From: Mytilus californianus
Taxonomy: Eukaryota
Reading direction: 5' to 3'
DNA: 64,000 nt
NCBI RefSeq assembly: GCF_021869535.1
Contig: NW_026262723.1
Span: 9,114,001 to 9,178,000, forward strand
Shown here: positions 14,101-27,600 of the stretch, in pieces
Layout: every line of letters starts with the position of its first letter
Position numbering within the stretch: position 1 is the stretch's first letter
Notes under the pieces: model-generated
Databases searched by the model: none
Seen by the model: only the letters and a program-made list of their open reading frames with translations
Told to the model about the DNA's origin: nothing
Position numbers and translations under genes: made by a program

Positions 14101-17100
14101 AAATACGAGGAAACTAATGTGTCCATTTGACAAAAAAAATTTAATTAATAGTAATTTTCATATATAGAATAGAATAGAATAGAATAGAATATTTTTATTT
14201 CCCAAATTACAGGGCCCATAAAGGGCATAAAATCAGATACAATTGATTTACATAATTGGCTTTATATGTAAATTATATTATGTTTATATAATAATATATA
14301 AACATAATAAAGTTAAATGAAATTCAAAAATTTTTATATTTTTAAAAAGCTACTGAATTTCAATTTTGAAACAAATTCGCACTATTCTGAGTAAAGGATC
14401 GTCATTAACATTTGTGGGCATGTCATGTTTTTTCACAAACGTGGTTAGAATTACCAACCGGAATTTACAGAATTGTTTGTGCTTCAGAAGAGGATAATTT
14501 TTTATGATGAACTATAATTATTAGTACGTGTTTTCAACTGGTATCCAGAAATTATTTAAGATAGTTGACCGAATCTGGCATTATGTACAAAAGCGGGATT
14601 TTGCCTAGTACTGAAAATCATCAATTTTGATAAGTTGTCGTTATCTCTTATTTCTAGCCCATTAACAACATGAGAAGTTAATTAATTTGGTTTCTATAAC
14701 TCAAGATATGGGACTGTTAAAATATTTTCCTTTTGTTTGACGTAACGATACCTAATTGTGCAAAAAGAGAGGCAGAGGATACCAAAGGGACATTGGAACT
14801 CATAAATAAAAAATAAACGGACAATGCCATGGCCAAAAAAGAAAAGACAAACAGACAAATAACAGTACACAAAACCAAACACTGAGCACCACGAACTCCA
14901 CCTAAAACTGGGAGTGATATAAGGTGCTCCGGAAGGGTAAGCAGGTCCTGCTCAACATGTGGCACCAATTGCTACAGGTTTGTACGTGAGATATCAGCCA
15001 TTGAAAGATGTGTACACTTCCCAATCAAATTTGCATATCCCATAATCTACACAACATTTGATATTTGAATGATGATGTAATATTATCATTAACTATAATG
15101 TATGCGAACAACTTTGAAACCTTGGTTATATATAGCAGGAAGGAATTATATTCAGTAGTAGATTTTATTATCTCTTGGCCTGGAGCATCACTGAAGAGAC
15201 ATGTATTGTCGAAATTGCGTATCATGTGTCGGTATTTATCAACGATGGCCATAACTTGAAAGTAAATCCATTGAAATTTAATCATAAGTTTAAGTATTTA
15301 ACAACATCTCAGCCGAATTGTCGTAGAAACGTGCATCTCTAAAACATGTAAAAGGCCTAATGATCTAATAAATCTGATAAATAACAAGATCGAATTTTCC
15401 GTTAAAGTTGACCGACTCTTCGCAAAAATGCTGCAAAAAAGTACAACAAAAACACAGAACCCCATCGAAAACCCCAAAAGTGGAAGTCCATAAAATCCGA
15501 CAAAAGTTAAACGCTATTAATCAACGGAACAAGTGAAAAACAACTACCACACTCCCACCTTGGCACAGGCATTTTCCAAAGAAAATGATGAGTTAAATCC
15601 TGGAATTGGAACATTATTGTGATATCTACTGCCGACATTCAACTTTGAGTTTTATTCAGAGTATTACTATGAGATAAGGAGTTGTCGTCTTGTACGTTCT
15701 GTTGGTAGTTTGTATGTAACCTGAGTATATATGTTTGTCAGTTGAGAACCACGATGGTTTATTATATACTATTTCTTATCATAACATTTTTAAGACACTT
15801 GAAAGTTGTTTCCATATTCAAACAGTCGATTAAATGTAAATAGAAAGTGATATCAAGAAAAAGCACTTCAGATGCATACACTTTATGAAGAGCTATTTTT
15901 ATTATTTTCTAACGATCATGGAGCAGCTTGTTAAGCTATAAGTAATGTTTTCACAAAGTTTTAAAATTGTGAGGGGAAAAGATATGTTTACATTTACAGG
16001 GTATAAGTACTTTAAATCATAGACGTATTTCCCAGATATTTATACATACAATAAGTAACGGGAAGTTAAATTTGTAACGTATAAATTATAATAGATGATA
16101 TTTTCTGCGAAATGTAACACGAAAACACCTTCCCTTTTAGAAGAACCCTGTCAATTCTCTATTACAAAACTTTGAATTTTTCAAAATACTTGGGATGCTT
16201 TACCACAGGAATATATTACATTAAATTTAGCTGTATTTGGTAAAACCTTTGAAAGTTAGTGTATTCAATGCTCTTCAACTTTATTTGGCATTTTAAACAT
16301 TTTTGATTCGAGCGGCACTGATAAGTATCTCGTAGACGAAACGCGCGTCTGGTGTACACATTTTGTTCCATGCATCTAAGATGGGTTTATTAACTATTCT
16401 CCTGGCAGATATTTAAAACCATGCGGAACATATCGGTTGATTTTTCTACGTTAAACGGAGTAATAGTTTTTTATCTTAAACAAAATGATAATAGATAGGT
16501 TTGAGTAACTACAAAGAAGTAGAAATTAGTGTGGCCTTTTACTACAAATACATTTGAAATCGATGATGAGTAAAATAAAATATGTGCTTACATTGTTGGA
16601 AGATAATCGTCATTGAAAGTATTAGTTGAATAGCACATCAATAAACACGTTTTCCCAACATCTCTGAAAAAGAAATAAAAGTATCTTTAATTCCTATTTT
16701 AATGCAATTCGTTGTATAGTAGATGTTGATTACTATTGGGTCATATTTCGTAAAATGTCCTAGATTTGTAAGGAATTACCCATAGTTCTTTAGATTCCGT
16801 AACGGCTAATGATTAAATAGAATATACATTGTTAATTACAACATGACATACATTATTTGGATTCTAATTAAAAAATATGCAAATGACAAGAATTTGTCTT
16901 TTTTGTGTTCAAATTATCATATGTCATATTTTTTTTCTGTCCATCATCGTGTAATGTGTACTGCATTTGTTTACATGAAAGATATCCCAGAAATCATCGT
17001 GTACTGTGTACTACATTTATTTACATGGAAGATATTCCAGAATGAAACAAGTAACGTCATATCAGAATTTTCCATATTCGCATTGTTTTCTGCTCTGACA

Positions 17101-17480
17101 TTTTAAGTATTTGACGTATATATCCAACATTTCATATTGATATAGTGAAAGCTTCTTTTCCTCAACACATTACGTAAAAATGAGGAATATTTTGGAAGGG
17201 TCTAGCTGACGTTGGGATTTCATCTTAAATTGAATCAAATGATAACAACGAATGAATGATTTAAAGATCGAGATTATATACAACATAAAATATAAAACTG
17301 AGACTCTCTGAAAAAAAAACCAGTTTAATGAACAAACTGTAAAGAAAACTTTAAGAGAATTTTTTTCATATAATTATATGCCAGGTAATCGTTTTCCTTT
17401 AGATATTCGTACGAATAAAGAAAACATATTAGAATGTTTACTCACCCGTCACCGACTACAACACATTTGATATGTTGCAT
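11161..17480 (-). CDS. Rac/Cdc42-like Rho GTPase, gene A, 193 aa; exons 17446..17480, 16592..16663, 13768..13885, 12658..12720, 11161..11454
   Basis: [40 protein letters not shown]...[20 protein letters not shown]|[21 protein letters not shown]|[10 protein letters not shown]...GTKLD...ECSAK...[10 protein letters not shown]. All introns GT..AG, frame intact, polybasic tail plus CAAX. Confidence 0.93.
12301..12345 (-). ncRNA. Minimal type I hammerhead ribozyme relic
   Basis: CUGAUGA-GUC-UUUUGUA-GAC-GAAAC-GCGU-GGC. Core and stem II intact; the cleavage triplet GUC is changed to GGC. Confidence 0.55.
12794..12819. repeat. (TA)n microsatellite
   Basis: About 13 TA units. Confidence 0.9.
14762..14965 (-). 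repeat. Naiad tail family I orphan copy
   Basis: Reverse complement of the 7790..8050 tail (GCCACATG...CCCTTCCGGAGCACC...GGTATC). Confidence 0.8.
15186..15228 (+). ncRNA. Minimal hammerhead ribozyme relic
   Basis: CAUCA-CUGAAGA-GACA-UGUAU-UGUC-GAAA-U-UGCGU-AUC-AUGUG. Catalytic core intact, stem I partly broken. Confidence 0.55.
16311..16355 (+). ncRNA. Hammerhead relic within repeat 16190..16390
   Basis: CUGAUAA...GAC-GAAAC-GCGC-GUC-UGGUG. Palindromic GCGC in stem III; core G8 is mutated. Confidence 0.5.
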
Positions 17481-18161
17481 TTTAAACTTTTTTATAGATA
17501 AAACAATGTATTACTTCCTCAGTCCAATTCTTAAATTTATTGATATTTTCTATATTTACTTTTAACTTGATAATTTTTTCCAGGATTCAGTGAAACTATT
17601 GTTGATAAGTGCTTTATAGTTGTACAAGTTCATGTAAATATAAAAATGATTAATTGAATTCACATGGGAAAAAATATCTATTTCAATAAAACAGGAAATG
17701 AAACTGATATAAAAAATTTGAATAAGCAGGTATGAATAATTAAAATTTTAAATATAAAGTTAACATCTAATTGAAATGGCGTTTTTGGGGTAGGTGTTGT
17801 TTTATTTTCAATTCTTTAACTGTAATCGCACATTTATGGGTTGCAGCCATTTAGTAAATATGGCAGATCACTTTTAAGTACGAAATGTTAACTTAGGATT
17901 TACGGTAAATAGTAGCCAATGGAAAAAATATAAATTTAAAAGTCATATGCAAGCCTTGATTGTTATTTGCAAATATTTCATAAATATAAAGAACAAATAA
18001 ACAGCGTAGCCTTTGATAGTATCTGAAATAGAAACGGAACGATTTTTATCACACTTATTATATCAAATATTCAAGAGATTTGCAATCAATTCAACAGAAA
18101 TAATCTTGAATTTGGAAACCAATACACAGTGACTGCATTAAACACTGATTCTATATTATAA

Positions 18162-18913
18162 GTTATCTACGTTCATATCCGTAGATATGGGTATTTTAAC
18201 ACCCTGAAGTATCTAAGTACACCCTGAGGTGCAGCCGAAGGGTGTACAGGGTACTGAAGGGTGTTAAAATATCCATATCTACGGATATGAACGTAGATAA
18301 CGAATTTATCCCCGGTCTTAGTCTAAATCTGGCGATTTTTAGAGAAATTCGACCACAAAGGTAAACGTGAAAGCAACGTTTTTTTCATTTTTTAAATATC
18401 TTTTATTGAAATTTGGGAATTTGACATATTTTAAACGGGGTGTAGGGTACTACCTTTGGTAGAACCCTACAGGTAGACAAATATAAGACGTTTTTAAACT
18501 AGAGACAGAGAAACTGAAATGGGTCGAATTTGGCTCGCAATGTTGTGAGAGTTACATCATAAACGGTGTGACGTCAACGTGGGTCATTTGCATAGCTAGG
18601 TCAGTAGTACCATTCATTGACAATGTGGCTGCATAGTGATGCATTTACTAAAATGAGTGCAAATAATCGATATAATAAGATAAAATCGTTAGTGGATTAA
18701 ATATTTAATTATACAGACATCATGGAAAATCTACAAAATTCGATATTTCATAAGGAACAACCATGGAACTAAGGAAAACGCGCGTAAAATTCCCCGATGT
18801 AATGGGTAGCAACGTCCGGGGATATGGGTTAGCAACACCCAGGGGCTATGGGTTTTGTAACGACGTACGTTAACCAATCAGAATCCTAGAAATATACTAA
18901 GCCGGGGATAAAT
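18162..18913. mobile_element. Palindromic MITE-like element
   Basis: Near-perfect ~138-bp hairpin at 18162..18301. Inverted repeats ATTTATCCCCGG(T)CTTAGT at 18304 and ~18893..18913. Confidence 0.7.
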
Positions 18914-19859
18914 GGGTTTACTTAACTTGTAACCGAAAATAGTCTATGCTTATTCAGGACGACAACGAAATCAACATAAACCAGTATGCTCTTAGGTTAT
19001 GCTGTTACACCACGGCCCTATGTAAGTTTGAGGACTGAGCGCTCAAAATCCTTATCCCGTCTTAAGTCCGGAAGGAGTCTATCATTCGGTAGTTGTCGAT
19101 TGTTCCTACCTCTCATATTTGTCTTTTGTGTATTTTTATACATAAAACATACATGTATCATGTTTTCTGGTTAAACCTTTTTCATACTTTGTCGGGGGTT
19201 ATATAGCTTAATTAGTTAAGGGCAATTATTTGCATTACAAAAAGTCACATATAGACCCTGCATAGATTTATTGCAGCAATCCACAATGTAAAAGAACACT
19301 CTTAAAATAATGGCTTTAACGTTTTAATTCTGACCAGACTTGATTTTCTATCAATAATTCTACCATACAGCGAAACGGACCCCCTTCCCTCCGCTTTTAG
19401 CATGAGTTTTGATGTCAAAGTCAATTTGACCACATTTGTATTATACATGTTTATTCAATATCCACTGAGATTCAATTACTAATATCTCCTATAGAGAACA
19501 ACATATGTTTTGGTGATTATTTTTAGCAATTCGTTTCTACCATAAGAGTAACTGTTGTCCAGAGTTGTTTGGCAGAGATAACACCGGTTGTCGCTATAAA
19601 CAATGATAGCATGGACCGATCAATAGGTCTATAATGAACACTAAAACTCTTTACATTCGTCCTTTATTTTGCCTTTACAACATTTTTATTTGAGTGTCAT
19701 TGTTGAGAATTGTGTAGACGAGACGTGTTTCCAGCGTACACAATTTTAAACCTGGTATCTATGATGAGTTTTCTAGTGTCGGCAAGTTTACTAAAAGTCT
19801 ATTTAGTCCTTTCTGATCACGCGTATAGTGTTCTTTTATTTGTCTTTGTAAATTATTAA

Positions 19860-20345
19860 CCTTTACTGTTTAATCTATTTTTTGTGATATCCTTTCGGCG
19901 TGGGTCGGTTATTATGTTTCCCGCCAATGTGTTTTGCTGTGGTCATTTTTTGTATTCTTGTCTTTCATTTTTGCTTATGTGCTTTGTCTATATGTTATTT
20001 TGTTTTTCTTTGTTGACATATTTGTTTGTTTTTATAGAGTTTATGATTATAACACAATGTTGATTGTTGTTCCCCTATTTTTGACATTTTTACCTATTAT
20101 GTCTGTTTGTTTTGTTCACACATTGTTGTCAATATAATGGAATTGTATGCGACTGTCATACAAGTGAGAGGTGTAGCTTGCTACAAAACATAGATTCAAT
20201 CCACCATTTTCTACATAAGGAAATGTCTGTACCAAGTCAGGAATATGACAGTTGTTTTCTATTCGTTTGATGTGTTTGAGCTTTTGATTTTGCCATTTGA
20301 TAAGGGACTTTCCATTTTGAATTCGGTATTTTTGTTATTTTACTT
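19860..20345 (+). repeat. Tail family III copy carrying a twister-like motif at 20151..20253
   Basis: Homologous to 28930..29365 and to the reverse complement of 8110..8330. Confidence 0.75.
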
Positions 20346-20835
20346 TTTATCTGTAATATGAATTGATATATGTAAAAACCTATAAAAACAATCTACATAG
20401 ATTGACAGGGCAAGGGATATTAATATGATCACTTGGAGTTCTCCAACCCTGCAGTAAAATCCATGCTTAGATAAGTATCAATTTGGCTAAGTTTTATAAG
20501 GTCTGTAGAACTGTGGATGTTTCATCCGATTCCTTGCTCAGGGAGGGTGTAAAGCTCTTGTAATCAAACAAACTCTTGTAACAACTCTTTGAGGGGATAC
20601 GATTCCTCGTTCAGGGAGAGTGTAACGATCTTTTACGTAAACGAACCCTTGTTACAACTCCTTAAGGTGATCCGATTCCTCGTTCAGGGAGAATGTAACG
20701 CTTTTTTACGTAAACAAACCTTAGAACAATTCTTTGAAGGAATCCGATTCCTCTTTGATATAGAGTGTAACGCTCTTTTACGTAAACGACCCTTATAACA
20801 ATTCTTTGACCAGATCCGATTCATCGTTTAGATAG

Positions 20836-21468
20836 TGTTACGGCCAGAAATCACCTTTAAACTGTAGCCAACAGACACAAATCAGTAATAAAATTTAACA
20901 AGATTTATTATACAATTTTACAAGAAATATTATACAAATCGAAATGTCAACTTAACTGTTAAAATATATGTCCGATCTTTTGTCTTTTCTTTATCCGGAA
21001 TTCTTCTCTTCACTGTAACGAAATCCAAACAGAATATTATGTCCAGTAGTTACAATCTAGTATGATTTTCGTAAATAAAAATGTCAACTCCAGAGAACTT
21101 CTGAGAATATTAATGTCTAATCTGAAAGTCTAACTTTAGTGTCTATATATATAAAGTTGTGGCCGAAATCTCTAGAACACTGTAGAAGGGAAACTCCTAG
21201 AAACTGTAGAACGGTAACTTCTGGAATACGGTAGAATTTTAAATTACACATCGTAGATAATGATCATTCCAGAATTAATATTTAAGTCAAATAGAAAGTT
21301 CTATTCATCAGTATCTATGATTGTTCCAGTGATTTCTAAACTGCATAATTATATCATTATTTTGTAAACAACTATAAATAATATGTTAGCATATTATACA
21401 TGTTATAAGGCCAAACAAAAAAAAATTAGGCCAAGATAAATAAACATAATAATTACAATATCATACCA
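20836..21468 (+). mobile_element. Putative solo LTR (633 bp)
   Basis: TGTTA...TACCA termini, 4-bp ATAG duplication at 20832..20835 and 21469..21472, TATA-like run near 21143, AATAAA near 21438. Orientation is tentative. Confidence 0.6.
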
Positions 21469-21555
21469 ATAGAGTGTAACGCTCTTTTAAGTAAACGAAT
21501 CCTTGTAACAACTCTTTGTGTCGATCTGATTCCTCATTCAGACAAAGTGTAAATA

Positions 21556-21985
21556 GAAATAAGACGATGTGGTATGAGTGCCAATGAGACAACTCTCCAT
21601 CCAAGTAATAATGTGTAAAAAGTAAACAATTATAGGTCAAAGTACGGCCCTCAACACGGAGCCTTGGATCACACCGAACAGCAAGCTATAAGGGCCACAA
21701 AAAGACTAGTGTAAAACAATTCAAACAGGAAAACCAACGGTCTAATCTATATAAAAAACGCGAAACGAGAAACACTTAAGAACCACATCAACAAACGGCA
21801 ACCACTGAAACAGGTTCCTGACTTAGGACAGTTGCAAAAAATTCAGCATGTTTAAACGTTTTAACAGGCGCCAACCTTCACCCTAACCTGAAATAGTAGT
21901 GTAACCTTATAACATAGAAAGACACACTATAAAATAGCAACTGAAATGGCTTACCTCAATCAAAAAGACATATTAACAAAAACAA
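21556..21985 (-). repeat. Tail family II copy (degenerate twister-like motif ~21811..21890)
   Basis: Starts GATGTGGTATGAGTGCCAATGAGACAACTCTCC; homologous to 40045..40445 and 48300..48610. Confidence 0.8.
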
Positions 21986-24621
21986 TTAAACATACACTGA
22001 ACAGATAAATTTTATCTATGACACAATATTAAATACAATATTGAATAAAAAAGGGGGATGTAAAACAATATCAAAAAGACAACTATAATTTTGGACAAAA
22101 TGACGTTAAATAAAATGACGTACACAGGTAAATTTAAATATAATAATTTTGTTGTTAGGAGGACGAAAATATGTTTTACAAAATAAATGATTTTGTTGTT
22201 CATAGTACGAGAACAGCAGTGAAAATTTATCGTCATACTAAATACTTACAAAGGTGGTACATATTAAAAATAGCGAGACGAGATATAACACAAAATAAGT
22301 AAACATTGAATAACAAAAATGTATCGCTTTTTTACGTAAACAAACACTAATAACAACTTTTTGAGGGGATCCGATTCCTCGTTCAGGGAGAGTGTAACGC
22401 TCTTTTACGTAAACGAACCCTTTAAACAATTCTTTGAGGGGATCCGATTCCTCGTTCAGGGAGAGTGTAACGCTCTTTTACGTAAACGAACCCTTAGAAC
22501 AATTCTTTAAGGGGATCCGATTTCCGTTTCAATTAGAGTTTAACGCTCTTTTACGTAAACGAATCCTTGAAACAACTCTTTGAGGAGACCCGATTCCTTG
22601 TTCAGATAATGTGTAAAGCTCTTTTACATAAACGAATCTTTGTAACAACTCTTTGTTGATATCCGATTCTTTTACATAAACAAATCTTTGTAACAACTCT
22701 TTGTTGATATCCGATTCTTCGTTCAGAAAGAGTGTAACGCTCTTTTACGTAAACGAACCCTTTGAACAGTTATTTGATGGGATCAGATTCCTCGTCTAGA
22801 TAGAATATAACGCTTTTCACGTAAACAAACCCTTGTAACAACTCTTTGAGGATATCCGATTCCTCGTTCAGATAGACTGTAAGGCTTTTTTACGGAAACA
22901 GCACTTTTAACAATTCTTTGGTGAGATCCAATTCCTCGTTCAGATAGAGTGTATCGCTCTTTTACGTAAACGACCCTTGTAACAATTTTTTGATGATATC
23001 GGATTCATTGTTGAGATAGAGTGCAACGCTCTTTTTGTAAACGAATCCTTGGAACAATTCTTTGTAGGGTTCTGAAGATGCATTTACGTGAATTGTTCTT
23101 CAAAAACAGACAATCATCATTTCCGAAACAATTTAATTCTGCATGTATATGCAGTATTAAATTATTTATCCAATAGATTGGATTTTTTATCGATCCGTTT
23201 CTAGTAAGAGCCCTTTGATTTAAAGCTGTGCAAGGTAGCATTTTTTTTAACAATTTTAATTCAAAACGAAAGACAATAGTTTATTTGATTCTAGGGTTTC
23301 ATTTTTAACCTTTTCATCGTTGTTGTTTAGATTGTTTTCCGTCTACATGAAATAATACCTGCATTGCTTTTTTTATCATTCATAGCCGTAATATTTGTAT
23401 TATATCTTGCTTACTTGAAATACTGTTTAAATTAATTGTTAGTTTATCTCTGTCGTAAAACCTCATACATCGAGTTAAAATGAGCCATTGACAGTTCTTT
23501 TTCAGATTACGACCCACCATCCGCCCCAGTGGTAGGAAAGTGTGTATTAGACTTTGGATTTTTAATAACATGTATAATGGCAGCGAACATCGCTGAACAA
23601 AAATGATGTGTCAAAATGCGCATCTGGTGCAGTAAAGTATTACCGTTTAAGTTTTAAGGATGTTCGCTTGTCTTGTTTGTGTCTTTTTGTCAGATATTTG
23701 GAATCCTCTGGTTTTATCCATGTGATGCCATTAAATCATTTTGCCATCTAACCACTATTTTTCTTTCGTAATTTTAATACATATAGGTCTAGCCATATTT
23801 GAAAATTTTATAGATTTCTTGTTCTTTTTTTTCATAGTTTTTGAAAGAAACAAAATGTAAATTGATAATAAAATCAGGTTTAATCCACCATTTTCTACAT
23901 AAGAAAATGTCTGTACTAAGTCAGGAATATGACAGTTGTTATCCATTCGTTTGATGTGTTTGAGTTTTTGATTAGGGACTTTCCGTTTTAAATTTCCTCG
24001 GAGTTCGGTATTATTGTTATTCTACTTTTCATTAAAAATCTAGAGAAAATGATTTCCCGCCAAAGTTTCAATGTCTTGTATCTCAAAAATAAGGACATGT
24101 ACCTTGCATAATGTTCTGCTTTATTTAGTTCCGTTATATACATACTATGTATTTATAACAGTCTTTTAAAAAGCTTGTTATTTTGAAACGTAGTAGCTAA
24201 GATTTTTAGGTAGGTAAATTTTAGATAAATGGACATAACTCTTAAAAAGTCACTGGTGCGTTTGGATTTATCACTGCTTTAAGAATGTTCATAAGCTTCT
24301 GAGTAAAAACAGATTGTTTTTGTACGATGTTCCATGAATGCAACGCCGATTTTAAAAAGTATGGCTTTTACAATAGCATTAATAATCTAACGACGTATCT
24401 CCGGTAAAACTCTAAGATGATACATCGACCTTGATTGTATATATTATCTTGATATATTTTCTTTGATAATTGCATTTGATTAACAACGGTTAATGGAAAC
24501 TCATGTAAATTCATCAGTAGAAAGAAATACGTCTTTAGTCGGTTAATGAAATTGCTTTGGTATTTCCAAACGCTGTATACAATTAAAACACAATATATTA
24601 TGTATATTATTCTGATCGATT

Positions 24622-27600
24622 TCACAACAAAATGCATGGTCTGCGTTTTGGTTTATGCTCAGAGGGAAATAACACAGCCTTTACAGCCTCCTCAAACACC
24701 ATTTGCAATCCTTCCTGAGTCTTTGCAGAACATTCTAAATATTTTACGGCATTTATTTTATTTGCTATAGATTGTCCTTCACTGAATGATATAAGCTGGC
24801 TATTTTTGTCAACATGTTTTGATTTTCTTGGTACTTCGTCTTGTCTAATGTCCAATTTTGTGCCAACTAAAACGATTGGCGTTCTTGGGCAGTGATGCCG
24901 GACCTCTGGAATCCACTGTAAAATAAAAAAAAACTATGAAACGGCAGCATAACTATACTTTTTGTGTGGCTGTTTTAGGAAATTATCTGCAATTTGAGAT
25001 ATGAGGCACGTATGTCAAACATAATACAAGTTCAAATGTTATTAGCTTGTAATCACTATCTCGATTGGGCAAAACTGTATAATCTGAGCAGAGGGGGGAT
25101 CTAATGTCTTCCAGTCAGTAACAAAGACAACTGCTATTTAAAAACTGGTTTTGAAAAATTTTATTTTAATTCCGAAGTAGACTCAAAACCTAAAAAATGT
25201 CCTGTATCTTCGTTTGACGTCGAAAGCTACACAGATAAACCAATATTGAACTGAATCGGTCATTTTGATGAACACTTCTTAAAAGACTAGACAATAAATG
25301 ATTAAGTTTAGTATTTCAGTAAAGTTTCAGACTTATTCACTGCTTACAGTAAATTCAGTTATTGTTCCGACAATTCGCTTGCACTCAATTAAGATATGTT
25401 CAGTTCTGATTGTTCAGTGGTTTTTACTTACTTGTGCAAAAAAACTGTCGAAAAAACTACTAAACAGCACTAAATTGACTGCAAGCATAATGGCTGACCA
25501 GCTCTGAATTCACAACAAGAAATTATCTGAAAATTACCTTAAACTCTTAACAGGGCTCATCGTTTGTAGCTTCAGACTTTTCAAATGATGTTATATAGAA
25601 CCAGTGCTAGAAAAGTAAAATAACAAATTATAAAAGAAACTGTGAACGTTCAACGCACCTTTCTTGATTAACCTTCACCAGGAACGCTCAAACTAAAAAT
25701 AATAACCAAGGATATATAACTACTTATACATAATTCTTACATTCATGAAACGTGTAGTATGACGTAATATGTACCATTAGTAAACGAAGTGCAGTCTTAA
25801 ACGGTCATTTTGATATTAACATCATTTGAAAAGTCTGAAGCTACAAACGATGAGCCCTGTTAAGGTGGTATCTCATAAGCTCCGAATTCAGTGCTTCGGT
25901 ACTGACATGATTTTAAAACATACCTTTCCTGAGTTCTCCGTTGATAAATTATGAAACTTTGCTCCAACTCCTTTGTGCAAAGTTGTGTGTTTTTTTTTTA
26001 AACAAATCCCTTGGAAAATTCGAAAATCACCATCACGTTGTGGTTGACCGTAATGAAACATTTGTTTTACAAATGACGACGGATATCATGGATATGTTCA
26101 AAAAAATTTACAACAACACGTTATAAATTTCCGAAAAGCTTTTCAGGATTTACCTTCATCAGGAGCTCTCATAGCCGAATATTTGAAAGCCAAGGATGTA
26201 TAAGAACCGAAACTGATGAAGATCTATATTACCAAAAAAGGACATAAACACCAATACATAATAGACAATCGTAAAGTACAAATCCATCCACAGTTAACTT
26301 TTCCTGAGGGAGTTGAAACCTTAGTTTCTAATGATTTCAAAATTTATTAACGGAAGCACTTTTCTGGGTCTACCTTCATCAGGAACGCTCAAAGCCGAAT
26401 ATTTGAAAGCCAAGGATGTATAAGAACCGTAACAATTGTCGAAACCACAACCCCGTCCTCTTCCCTCGAATGTGATCTACCGAATTAAAACTTTATCCCC
26501 GGGTTTGTACTTGCATGAGCAACACGACTGAAGCCACATGTGGAGCAGGTTTTGCTTATCCTTCCGAAGCACCTGGTGGGGGTCGTGGTGCTCAGTCTTT
26601 AGTATCAGATGGTATGTTTTGTAAACTGCTGTATGTCTTTTGATCGTTTTACTTTTTATGTCATTTTGCCGACTTACAAGTTTGAATGTCCCTTTAGTAT
26701 TTTTTGCCTCTACTTTTAGTCACTGATTTGGTAGGATTTGCAGACGGGGGGATACAGCGATATAAATACACACTGATTCGCTGATTTAAAAAACTTACTC
26801 TTTGAATTACATTTTCCAAACTTGGTCGATGAACAAGTGAAAAACATACAAGAAATACATCCTGAAATTAAATAAGTTTTTATAGATGATATTTGCAAAA
26901 CCGTTATACAGTCTTTATATACGATATATATCTTGTGTAATCTACTTCTTTGCAAGTTAAGCTGTTGCGAGTTTCGAATAGCACTTACTCTTCCGATGCA
27001 CCCGGTTACTTTCTGAATAGAATTGTTTCAATTTCTTTCCTTTCTTTTTTTTTCTTTTTTTAGTTCATTAAGACTTAAGCCTTAAGTTAAGGTTAGGAAC
27101 ATTACGTAACTCAATACTCGATTAAAAGACCATGAAGATTTTTTACTTGACGTCTGCATTATGTTTTTGTGTGTGTGTGTGTTCTTCATTTATCTTCACT
27201 ATGTGTCGTCAGCTTGTGTATTTGTTTGTGTAATCCAAAGACCTTTATGTGATAAAAACAGACAATAGTTTACAAATCAAGTTGAAAAAGCAAAAGATTG
27301 TTGCCAGCACACTTAGAACATGTAGAAGTTTTATTATAAAAAGGGTGTCACGACGATGAGGTGAGGAAGGGGACATGTTTTTTAAGAAGTACAAGGTATA
27401 TAACTGTTTGACAAGCTGAAAATAATATGCAATATCTGTGTCACAGAAGACCACGCACGTGTTCTATTTTTTTAGTAGGACATTACCGAATGCGACTTAT
27501 CTCGGATTTGTTAGTCATGAGGATAACACAGAGAATGGCATACCCTTTCATAGCAGTGGAATTCAATCCCTATTTTTCATGTAGCTTGATTTGTGATTTA

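Larger units (their letters stand above)
20524..23070. repeat. 73-bp minisatellite (about 15 units in three blocks) split by insertions at 20836..21468 and 21551..22319
   Basis: Unit ATCCGATTCCTCGTTCAGGGAGAGTGTAACGCTCTTTTACGTAAACGAACCCTTGTAACAACTCTTTGAGGGG; adjacent units in the third block are 73 bp apart. Confidence 0.9.
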
